Position numbers and translations under genes: made by a program. A stretch of 40,000 nucleotides of DNA from Calothrix brevissima NIES-22 (GTDB lineage: Bacteria > Cyanobacteriota > Cyanobacteriia > Cyanobacteriales > Nostocaceae): contig AP018207.1 of NCBI GenBank assembly GCA_002367995.1, positions 7,935,366-7,975,365 of the forward strand, in the 5' to 3' direction. The notes below the pieces were generated by a model, which was given only the letters and a program-made list of their open reading frames with translations, made no database searches and was not told the origin of the DNA. This document shows, one piece after another, positions 1 to 7,895 of the stretch (the first letter of the stretch is position 1; each line of letters starts with the position of its first letter).

Positions 1-716
1 AAGCGGATTTCCCAAGCGCGGAAGATTTTGCAACAGGAGTTGAGGGGATATTTTATCGGCGAGGAGGAAACCGATAGGGATAAATCTGTGACACCGACTG
101 CAACAAAGTCGGAAATAGGGGAAATGTCCCTTGGGAATGGGGGAGTTAAAGCAGAAGCAGGGGAGACGGTACTTGCAGTTGCAGTGGAGGAAATGGAGAT
201 TTTTGGGGGTGAGGTAGCGCGTGATGTGCAGCAGTCTGAGTCGGTGATGAGTACGGTGACTTCTGAGGAGAAGTTAGAGGTAAAGAGAGATGATTGTTGG
301 AGCGTTGAGGCGGTGCTGTGGAGGCAAAAACTGCATCAGGTGGGGAAAGTTGCGGGAGAATTTGTGAGATCGTCCCGCTCTCCTCCTTGGTATTATCTTT
401 TCTATTTTTTTGGGTGCATTAAGTTGGGAAAAAACAGCTTCTAACTCGATAAATTCAGGAATAGCTTTGTGAGATCGTCTTAAAAAAGTAAATCCTGTAC
501 ATAAAGCTCCTGATTCGGCTTTCATCCCATACTCCTTAGTCAACAACTTGTCACATTGAGATTGATAGCTACTTTTGAGAGATAAAAGTCTATAAACCTG
601 ACTTGCTTTGAAAGAATAGTCTTGCGATCAGTGTATAAGATTTGGCATAAGGCTTTTTGTGGAGAAGAGGACGAGTCTCCGTTAAATACAATTTGAAAAA
701 GTGGAGAAGTAGTGCA

Positions 717-1172
717 ATGGCTACATTTAGTATAGATAGCGAATCTTCACCGACCTGTAAAGATTATCTTTACAAGTTTCATATTCAAAATCATACGAGT
801 TCAAGATCATTAAGTTATGATTTTTTACCGTTGCTTAAAGGCGAGTTTTATAGATTGATGGATGGCAATATACATGGTACAGTTAGCCCTGGGAGTGATG
901 CTAAAGTAAACTTTGATATTCGTAGATCCGGAGTTTTCGAGAAAGGTGATCTTACCCTAATAACAGCAGGCGGACATGACGTTCATTTTAGGTTTTGGTC
1001 GAATTCAAGTTCTTCAGAGCAATATATTAATTTGCTTCCCATAGGTGGATTTGAGGTGAAAAGAGATACAGAAAAGCTAAATGAGATAATCACAAATAAT
1101 CTCCGAATAACTGTTGATGGTGGAGGAAAAAGTAATTCCACACTCAACATTTATATCCAAGTATACGATTAA
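717..1172 (+). CDS. hypothetical protein (no recognisable family)
   Basis: ORF track 657..1172 starts at a TTG. The first ATG at 717 (MATFSIDS...) is preceded by GGAGA. No motif I recognise. An 18-bp HIP1-centred palindrome follows at 1233..1250. Confidence 0.4.
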   Translation: MATFSIDSESSPTCKDYLYKFHIQNHTSSRSLSYDFLPLLKGEFYRLMDGNIHGTVSPGSDAKVNFDIRRSGVFEKGDLTLITAGGHDVHFRFWSNSSSSEQYINLLPIGGFEVKRDTEKLNEIITNNLRITVDGGGKSNSTLNIYIQVYD

Positions 1173-1232
1173 TGCTTTACTTAGAGTAAATTTACTATAA
1201 GGCATAAAAGTTTTCCCAATCTGTTTTTTAAG

Positions 1233-1250
1233 TTAGGGCGATCGCCCTAA
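1233..1250. terminator. 18-bp perfect palindrome TTAGGGCGATCGCCCTAA (HIP1 core), possible terminator hairpin after the 717..1172 ORF
   Basis: Perfect self-complementarity read directly. No clear T-run follows, so terminator function is uncertain. Confidence 0.3.
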
Positions 1251-1848
1251 TTGTCCATCTCAAGCCATCGCTTGAGCTTCCGGAGTGCGTTCAAAGCGTA
1301 ACGCACCTTGTCAATTATCAGTTAAATGTTTACGATGCCATAAACCAGAAAGCGATCGCTCTACTTTTCCCAAAGAGCCATCGCTCATCTGTCATCAAAG
1401 CCATTTTACCAAAGAGCGATCGCACTACTTAGTCCATCAAGCGATCGGCTTTCATTCAGCAAAGCCATTTTACCAAATAGCGATCAGAATTTTCTTGCCT
1501 CAATGCTGCAAGAAATTAACGATCCTTAGCCACAACAGACTATTCGATCTAGAGGTGCAATCCCAACCTATCATACCAAGCTGTCATAGCGATCGCTTCG
1601 ATGTTGGAACCTAAGACCAGGTAAAGCAACAGGCGTAAGCGGTAACGAACGCTACCCCCAACTAAAACAGTAGCAGGCTGTCATTGAGTCTGTTTGTGTG
1701 AGAATGCGATCGCCAATCGGGAAATCGGTTATCTGCTGCAATCATGTAGAGTAAGCTAATAGTTACAATTTTCATTTATTGTTGAGTAGCCATTTCATTT
1801 ACGATGGGCTATTCTTAACACATATTTTTAATTTGATAGTAGAAGCTT

Positions 1849-2145
1849 CTAAGAATAACAGTTAAACCAACGTTCCCAATAATCTTCTTTATTAGTTAAC
1901 TTCGCTAAAACGCGGTTGTAGGTGGCAAACCAACCTTCCCAATAATCTGTAGGTTGTTTAACGCAACCATCACAAGTGGGGCAACCGGCTTGACATTGAG
2001 GTACTGTATGAATACTACCGACGCAGTTTGTGCAAAGTTCAGGGTCAATCCAGCGATTACCATCGACTATTTTGATTGCACCAGTGGGACATACAGACAG
2101 ACATAAATCACAGGAAATACATTGGCCAGTAATTTTGTAAGCCAT
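1849..2145 (-). CDS. fdxN: FdxN-type 2x[4Fe-4S] ferredoxin, copy 1
   Basis: MAYKITGQCISCDLCLSVCPTGAI...CTNCVG...CQAGCP Cys motifs, collinear with copy 2 (MVYKITRQCISC...). The track ORF extends to 2187 only by translating an STRR array. ATG at 2145 has an AAGGAG upstream. Confidence 0.85.
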   Translation of the reverse strand: MAYKITGQCISCDLCLSVCPTGAIKIVDGNRWIDPELCTNCVGSIHTVPQCQAGCPTCDGCVKQPTDYWEGWFATYNRVLAKLTNKEDYWERWFNCYS

Positions 2146-2160
2146 GACTAAGCTCCTTTT

Positions 2161-2246
2161 GGGCATGGGGCATGGGGTATGGGGCATTGGGTATAATTTT
2201 CCTAGTCTCTAGTTTCTAGCCCCTAGTCCCTAGCCCCTAGTCCCTA
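2161..2246. repeat. STRR arrays (GGGGCAT x4-5, then CCCTAGY x6) in the nifB-1/fdxN-1 spacer
   Basis: Tandem heptamers read directly. Confidence 0.9.
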
Positions 2247-3692
2247 TTTATCTAAGCCTTCGACATATTGCTCGTAATATTCCAAAGCAACTTTTTCAAT
2301 TACGTCGTAAGCTTCAACAGTCTGTATGCCAGCTTTGTGCAGTTCTTCTTTGGGACAGTTCCCAATTTTGGAGACTAAAACCGCTTTGCAATCTGCGATC
2401 GCTTTAATAATATTGTCTAGAGTGGCTTCTTCTCCAAATCCACCTTGGCAATAGTGGTCTATTTTGCGGTGACTGATAAAGCGTACTTCTTGACCATCCA
2501 CTTCGTAAACCTGGAATTCTTTGGCATGACCGAAGTGTTGGTTAACTAATCCACTACCTTTGGTTGCAACAGCAACGAGAATTTTGGGGTTGTTAGCAAA
2601 TTTCTTGCCAGCTTGCGCCTTTTCTTTGGCTGCTTTTATTTCTTGTTTAAACTTCTCAATACCTTCGTGAACTTCTTGACGTTGTTCTAGGTTATATTCC
2701 GGAGCCATTTCTAGGAATTTATCTTTAGTAAATTCTTGGCTGCGGTCTTCTCCTAATAATCCTACAGCATCGGCTCGGCATTGACGACAGTGGCGCATCA
2801 TTTTCATGTTACCAGCACACTGATCTTGAACTTCTTTGAGTTCTTTAGTACTGGGGCCGCGCTGACCGGTTAAACCGAAGTGTGTGCCGTGTTCTGGTGC
2901 AGAAATCAACGGCATGATGTTGTGCAGGAATGCGCCGTTTTCACGAATGAATTTATTTACTTCTACCAAGTGCTGGTCGTTAATTCCCGGAATCATTACC
3001 GAGTTGACTTTACACAAGATATCGGCTTCTTTGAGGGCTTGTAATCCTTCCATCTGCTTTTCTAGCAGAATTCTTGCTCCCTCAACACCTTTATAACGCT
3101 TGCGCTTGTAGTGAACCCAAGAATAAATCTGTGCGCCGATTTCCGGGTCAATTGTGTTAAGGGTAATAGTAACGTGATCTATATTGAGTTGTTTAATGCG
3201 ATCGACATATTCGGTCAGCATCAAACCATTGGTTGATAAGCACAGTTTAATATCTGGCGCTTTATCTGCAATTAGCTCAAAGGTACGGAAAGTTTTTTCT
3301 GGATTCGCCAACGGATCGCCAGGGCCAGCAATTCCCAAGACTGTCATTTGGGGAATCTTACCTGCAATCACCAATACTTTGTGCGCTGCTTCTTCTGGGG
3401 TGAGTAACTCGCTAACCACTCCAGGACGGCTTTCGTTAGCACAGTCATATTTTCGGTTGCAATAGTTGCATTGAATGTTACAGGCGGGTGCGACTGCAAC
3501 GTGCATTCTTGCGTAGTGGTGGTGTGCGTCTTCGCTATAACAGGGATGCTTGGCAATGCGTTCCTTGAGCTTTTCGTTCATTTCCACGGTGGCGTTGCTT
3601 TTGCTGTCGCATCCGCAACCACCTGATTTGGCTTGGGTAGTGGTGGGTTCCTGATTGGAGGAAGTGAGGAGTCCTGTAGACGGTGGTGTCAT
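2244..3692 (-). CDS. nifB: NifB (radical SAM FeMo-co biosynthesis protein with C-terminal NifX-like domain), copy 1
   Basis: [14 protein letters not shown] radical-SAM motif, conserved NifB core, C-terminal NifX-like domain ([21 protein letters not shown]). Start set at the ATG aligning with copy 2 ([11 protein letters not shown]). The track start at 3704 is 4 codons upstream. Confidence 0.95.
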   Translation of the reverse strand: MTPPSTGLLTSSNQEPTTTQAKSGGCGCDSKSNATVEMNEKLKERIAKHPCYSEDAHHHYARMHVAVAPACNIQCNYCNRKYDCANESRPGVVSELLTPEEAAHKVLVIAGKIPQMTVLGIAGPGDPLANPEKTFRTFELIADKAPDIKLCLSTNGLMLTEYVDRIKQLNIDHVTITLNTIDPEIGAQIYSWVHYKRKRYKGVEGARILLEKQMEGLQALKEADILCKVNSVMIPGINDQHLVEVNKFIRENGAFLHNIMPLISAPEHGTHFGLTGQRGPSTKELKEVQDQCAGNMKMMRHCRQCRADAVGLLGEDRSQEFTKDKFLEMAPEYNLEQRQEVHEGIEKFKQEIKAAKEKAQAGKKFANNPKILVAVATKGSGLVNQHFGHAKEFQVYEVDGQEVRFISHRKIDHYCQGGFGEEATLDNIIKAIADCKAVLVSKIGNCPKEELHKAGIQTVEAYDVIEKVALEYYEQYVEGLDK

Positions 3693-4085
3693 TGAATTTC
3701 GCAAGGGTCGGTGGACTGGCTGCCACTGTGAGAGATGCCGTTGCTACTCTTTATGCCTGGGAATTGAAGTCGCGGCTTCTACTCGTTACTCGCAGGAACT
3801 TACTCTGTTGCGGGGTGATGCTGATGATAACATCAAATATAAGAGTAGGGCAGGCTTACAATCCTTGATTTTCGGCTGGTGTGTGTCAACGTTTGGGTCG
3901 TGGGTAGAATTTGTGCGTACTGAAAGCCGCGACTTCTATTCACAGAGGCATGGTGCTATCTCATCCCTCCACTCACTTTTCGCTTTTGTTTAGAAGCGTT
4001 AAGTGATTGGCGATATATGATTTATAGCAGCCATTTTGGCGATCGCCTGGCTGGTATCTAGGATAGAATTTATTGGATTTATTAA

Positions 4086-4400
4086 GCTTGTACTCAATTT
4101 CTGTAAGTCAGATTTTATAAGCATTTCCAGAATTCAAAAACTTTTTTTCGGGTATGGGTTCTAGTGTTTTCTCATTGGGGTACAAGTATTTCTGGAGTGG
4201 GGTACAGGATTTCTTTGTACTCAGCCAAAATCCATAACCCACAAGGCTTACAGCTTAATTTTAGATTATCTTTAGACATAATCATCTGTACTCAAACACT
4301 TCCCCAACCTCACCCAAAGCTAGTAGTGATAGGGAATTGAGGGGGAAAAACTGGAGTAGTCTACGTCGTTCTACTCCAGATACGTGCGAAATTCAATTCT
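4086..4400 (-). promoter_or_regulatory. conserved nifB-1 upstream module (three GTACTCA boxes, three 22-bp-phased GGGTAC-N3-GTATTT units, A/T tract, distal GCGAAATTCAATT box)
   Basis: Motif-by-motif collinear with 30588..30903 upstream of nifB-2, with the same spacings. Function is inferred only (candidate activator-binding array). Confidence 0.5.
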
Positions 4401-4621
4401 GTATCCAACATATCATTTTTTTTTGGGTAAAAATGTAATTCATATTGTTTTAAGATTTCATTAGAAATGATGTGCAATAAAGTTGTGAAAGCTTGCTAGA
4501 TAAGGCTTATAGAATGGTTTACCTATCTATATTAATGCATATAATTCTCAAAAACTTTACTTTTTTCTGGGAATTTTTCTTTTTCTAAAGAAGTCGAAAC
4601 AGGTATATTTACTTGATATTT

Positions 4622-4658
4622 AGTCAACAGTCAACAGTCAACAGTCAACAGTCAACAG
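4622..4658. repeat. STRR array (TCAACAG x5)
   Basis: Tandem heptamers read directly. Confidence 0.9.
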
Positions 4659-4708
4659 CCATTAAACTGTATTCATAGAGAAAAACAGGGTAGCAAGGAG
4701 GAATGGTG

Positions 4709-5653
4709 ATGAAAGCTGTTGTTATCCGCCGATATGGCTCTGCTGAGGTGTTGCAATATGAGGATGTGGAACAACCGACGATTAAACCTGACCAATTACT
4801 TGTGAAAATTCACGCTAGTAGTGTTAATCCTGTTGATTGGAAAATCCGCAAGGGAATGTTGCGATCGCTCATCTGGAAAAAATTCCCGATGATTTTGGGG
4901 TTTGATTTGGCGGGGGAAGTTGTAGAAGTTGGTTCTGCGGTTACAGGTTTTCAGCCTGGAGACGCTATCTATGGAAGTACGGCTGTACCTGGAGGCGCTT
5001 ATGCAGAATTTGCGGCGGTTCCAGCAAGTATAGTTGCTCCTAAACCGACGAATTTAAATTACGAACAAGCAGCTGTAGTTCCTTTGGCTGCGCTCACAGC
5101 TTTGCAAGCGCTACGCGATCAGGGTAATATTCAGTCAGGACAACATGTTTTGATTAATGGCGCTGCTGGTGGTGTAGGCATTTTTGCCGTACAAATTGCT
5201 AAGGCTTTAGGTACTGTGGTGACGGGAGTTTGCAGTACAAAAAACTTGGATTTTGTCAAATCTTTGGGAGCAGATAGGGTAATTGATTATACACAACAGG
5301 ACTTTACCAAAGACATAGAACCCTATGATATTATTTTCGATGTTGTGGGTAAGCGATCGCCTTCTCAATGCAAGGGAGTCCTCAAACCTAATGGGGTATA
5401 CATCACCACCCTACCCAGCGTTGAAAGTTTCGTGCAGAGTATTTTAACAACCTTCCTACCCGGACAAAAGGTCAAATTTATTTTAGAAAAACCCAACACT
5501 CAAGACTTGCTGTATTTAAAAGAGTTGATTGAAGCTGGTAAAATGCGTGTTGTGATTCACCGTACATATCCTTTACAAGAATTAGCAGCCGCCCATACAG
5601 AAAGTGAAACAGAACGTGCTATTGGCAAAATTGCCATCGCTGTTAATCAATAG
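4709..5653 (+). CDS. NAD(P)H:quinone oxidoreductase / zinc-type alcohol dehydrogenase-like (MDR superfamily) protein
   Basis: GAAGGVG dinucleotide-binding motif and MDR-like N-terminal catalytic domain. ATG at 4709 has better spacing to AAGGAGG than the track start at 4703. Confidence 0.85.
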   Translation: MKAVVIRRYGSAEVLQYEDVEQPTIKPDQLLVKIHASSVNPVDWKIRKGMLRSLIWKKFPMILGFDLAGEVVEVGSAVTGFQPGDAIYGSTAVPGGAYAEFAAVPASIVAPKPTNLNYEQAAVVPLAALTALQALRDQGNIQSGQHVLINGAAGGVGIFAVQIAKALGTVVTGVCSTKNLDFVKSLGADRVIDYTQQDFTKDIEPYDIIFDVVGKRSPSQCKGVLKPNGVYITTLPSVESFVQSILTTFLPGQKVKFILEKPNTQDLLYLKELIEAGKMRVVIHRTYPLQELAAAHTESETERAIGKIAIAVNQ

Positions 5654-5682
5654 GGTGATGTAATGAAAATATTGGCGATCGC

Positions 5683-5707
5683 GGTCATTGGTCATTTGTC
5701 ATTGGTA
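5683..5707. repeat. short STRR array (GGTCATT-type)
   Basis: Tandem heptamers read directly. Confidence 0.8.
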
Positions 5708-5733
5708 AATGTTTAAAGTTGATTGAAAAAAAT

Positions 5734-6129
5734 TCAAGTAAAAGGATTAAGTATAGTAATACCGCATCCCTCGAAATCCTTTGTATTTCTTGTAATTAAA
5801 GTAATTTTGTGGATTTCGGCGGTTGCGGCAATTATCATATCAGCTTGAGAGCGCGGTTTTCCTTGAGTTTGTAGATATCCTCTTACTTCACCCGCACGTT
5901 TAGCAACTTCTGGACTGACATCAATGATTTGACAATAAGTTACTACAAAACTATCAAACCAAGTTTGAATTCTGGGATTGGGTTTTGCTGATAAACCGTA
6001 GTAAATTTCTTCTAAAGTGATAGCGCTAATAAAAATTGATGAGATGCTTTGGCTCCAAGCAATGACACCAGGATTAGGTAATGGACGAGCTAATTCACTG
6101 ATAATGTTAGTATCGCAGAGAAAACTCAT
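5734..6129 (-). CDS. vapC: PIN-domain toxin, VapC family
   Basis: MSFLCDTNIISEL... N-terminal acidic PIN motif, about 130 aa, sits 2 nt downstream of a small antitoxin-sized ORF. Confidence 0.85.
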   Translation of the reverse strand: MSFLCDTNIISELARPLPNPGVIAWSQSISSIFISAITLEEIYYGLSAKPNPRIQTWFDSFVVTYCQIIDVSPEVAKRAGEVRGYLQTQGKPRSQADMIIAATAEIHKITLITRNTKDFEGCGITILNPFT

Positions 6130-6131
6130 AA

Positions 6132-6407
6132 TTATTCATCTGCAAATGGAATTGGGCGATCGCTAGAACGTGTAGGGGTTTCTAAAATATAATTTTCTTC
6201 CGCACAGAGTTGACGTAATTCTGTAAAAGCATCTGCGAGGGAAGAGACTTTTTGTTGTTGATGCCAAGCAAGGAACTCTTGAAACAAATGAGGTTCTACA
6301 ATTGCAGCAACTAATTTGTCTTGCTTGAATATTAATTGAGGTTCTAATGCAATAGCATCAATTACCTCTGGTAGCTTTTGTTGTGCTTCGTCCAGTTTCC
6401 AGTTCAT
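6132..6407 (-). CDS. type II antitoxin (Phd/YefM- or VapB-like) paired with VapC
   Basis: 91-aa ORF immediately upstream of and nearly abutting vapC. The family call is positional plus weak similarity. Confidence 0.65.
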   Translation of the reverse strand: MNWKLDEAQQKLPEVIDAIALEPQLIFKQDKLVAAIVEPHLFQEFLAWHQQQKVSSLADAFTELRQLCAEENYILETPTRSSDRPIPFADE

Positions 6408-6469
6408 TGATTTTACAAGAGTAAGTATTAATTGTGAATTTTGTTAGTCAAGCATTAACTTAGCGGCGA

Positions 6470-7165
6470 TTACAAATTATCTGTGTCAATGCCCTGCTGT
6501 TTGAGTTTAGCTAACAACTCTTGATAGCGATCGCGTTCTTTTTGTAATTCCTCTAAAGCTGCTTCCTTTGCTTGGCGTTCTTGTTCCCGTAGCCGATCGA
6601 GTTCTACAGGTGTTAAAAACTTTTGTCCGGCGGGAGAAATAATTTCTAGGGTTTCGGCTGTGAGTTGAAACCGAATTCCTAAACGCGGACTTACCCAATC
6701 ATTCATTTCTTCGATGACTTCAAAACTATCGCCAGAACGGAGTAAGCCATTTAAATCATTCTTAGCCGGATCGTAAATATAATATTCTTCTACGCCGTAA
6801 CGCTGGTAAAACTGCAATTTTTTGGTCATTTCTTTGAGAGTATTACCTGGCGATAGTATTTCAAATACTACCTGGGGCGGAATATTATCTTCCTCCCATT
6901 GTAAATAGGAACCTCGTTTTCCTTTGGGTCTACCAAAGACTACCATCGTATCTGGTGCTTGTTTAATATTCGGGTTTCCTTGAACTGGATACCAAAATAA
7001 ATCTCCGGCGATAAATACATCGACTTGTGATGCAAATAAGATTTCTAAATTTTCTTTAATTTTGACAATCCATGTAAATTGTTCTGTATTATCAGCCACT
7101 GGCTGTCCGTCGCTTTCTGGGTAGATGACTTCGATGGTGGTTTCTGGTGTGACTTGTTGTACCAC
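6470..7165 (-). CDS. Uma2-family (DUF820) putative endonuclease
   Basis: PESDGQP...DLFWYP...PDTMVVFG...VVFEILSPGN...YYIYDP pattern typical of cyanobacterial Uma2 proteins. Apparent GTG start. C-terminal coiled-coil tail. Confidence 0.8.
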   Translation of the reverse strand: MVQQVTPETTIEVIYPESDGQPVADNTEQFTWIVKIKENLEILFASQVDVFIAGDLFWYPVQGNPNIKQAPDTMVVFGRPKGKRGSYLQWEEDNIPPQVVFEILSPGNTLKEMTKKLQFYQRYGVEEYYIYDPAKNDLNGLLRSGDSFEVIEEMNDWVSPRLGIRFQLTAETLEIISPAGQKFLTPVELDRLREQERQAKEAALEELQKERDRYQELLAKLKQQGIDTDNL

Positions 7166-7482
7166 TGCTGCACTTCCAAGTATGGGGTTTTGCTGTTATT
7201 TCTAGTTTAGATAAGGTTGAACCTGTAAATGCATTGCTTTTCAGCAATTTTATGATTGCGTTAGTTGCACAATCCATTGTGAGGGCTGTTGACAGTTAAC
7301 AGCCCATATAAGTAGTTATGCAATTTAGACGCGCATCAGCTTAGAAGTTGGTTAGTTTTGAGCGTGCATCTGCATCTGTTAAGGTTAATTAGTGATTTTT
7401 AATACAATATTTAAAGCTTCACTTAAAGTTCAGTGATTACACTGGTGATAAAACAGACTGCGAGAGGCGAAAGTAAATTTAT

Positions 7483-7496
7483 AAGCAAGCTTGCTT
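7483..7496. promoter_or_regulatory. 14-bp perfect palindrome AAGCAAGCTTGCTT, 35 bp upstream of the small peptide ORF (possible operator)
   Basis: Perfect dyad read directly. The regulatory role is inference. Confidence 0.3.
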
Positions 7497-7530
7497 GTTT
7501 GTAAATTCACCAAAAAAAGAGTAACAATAA

Positions 7531-7695
7531 ATGCAAAGTATCAAAGCATTTTTGGGATCTAAATTTGAAATTGTGCCTGAAATGGCTGAAGGTCACATAG
7601 AATTGACCGAAGCTCAAATGGAAATGCTAAATGGTGGAGAAGAAGGTGAAGGTGGAGACGGGCCACCACCTCCTCCTCCAGAAGAAGGCACTTGA
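7531..7695 (+). CDS. 54-aa peptide: N-terminal region ending ...ELTEAQMEMLNGG, then acidic/Gly/hexaproline tail EEGEGGDGPPPPPPEEGT (candidate RiPP precursor)
   Basis: Hand translation gives MQSIKAFLGSKFEIVPEMAEGHIELTEAQMEMLNGGEEGEGGDGPPPPPPEEGT*. It is below the track's apparent length cut-off (shortest track ORF is 61 aa). Same strand as and 200 bp upstream of the ATP-grasp gene. SD is weak. Confidence 0.45.
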   Translation: MQSIKAFLGSKFEIVPEMAEGHIELTEAQMEMLNGGEEGEGGDGPPPPPPEEGT

Positions 7696-7799
7696 TAAGT
7701 AGAGGAAGACGTACTCTTTAAATAGATTACGAATTCAGTATAGGTGAATAGATTGCCTAGCAATTGAAATCTTCACTCTATTCGTTATTTTAATAGTAC

Positions 7800-7841
7800 A
7801 AAGCCAGTAGCTTACTTCTTTCAGGAGTACTGCTGGCTTTT
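7800..7841 (+). terminator. terminator/attenuator-like hairpin between peptide ORF and ATP-grasp gene
   Basis: AAAGCCAGTAG / CTGCTGGCTTT form an 11-bp stem (one G-U) followed by TTTTG. Confidence 0.4.
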
Positions 7842-7895
7842 GCTCATGTTATCTATATGTCATGCTGAAAATATAAATCAAAAGGAAAAGGAATA

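Noticed and set aside
28-546. Overlapping ORFs 28..444 (+) and 274..546 (-) at the left edge
   Set aside because: I cannot decide between them from sequence alone. Neither matches a family I recognise, and the plus-strand frame is open to the window edge. Neither is reported as a feature.
1285-1614. 109-aa ORF downstream of fdxN-1
   Set aside because: HIP1-dense, internally repetitive DNA with a His/Cys/Ser-rich low-complexity product and no start context. It is treated as non-coding repeat DNA.
2884-3993. Track ORFs antisense to or overlapping nifB-1 (2884..3096, 3184..3465, 3368..3556, 3535..3726, 3655..3993, 3683..3868)
   Set aside because: They lie inside or opposite a strongly supported NifB frame, or in its leader, and have no motifs. 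They are typical shadow ORFs.
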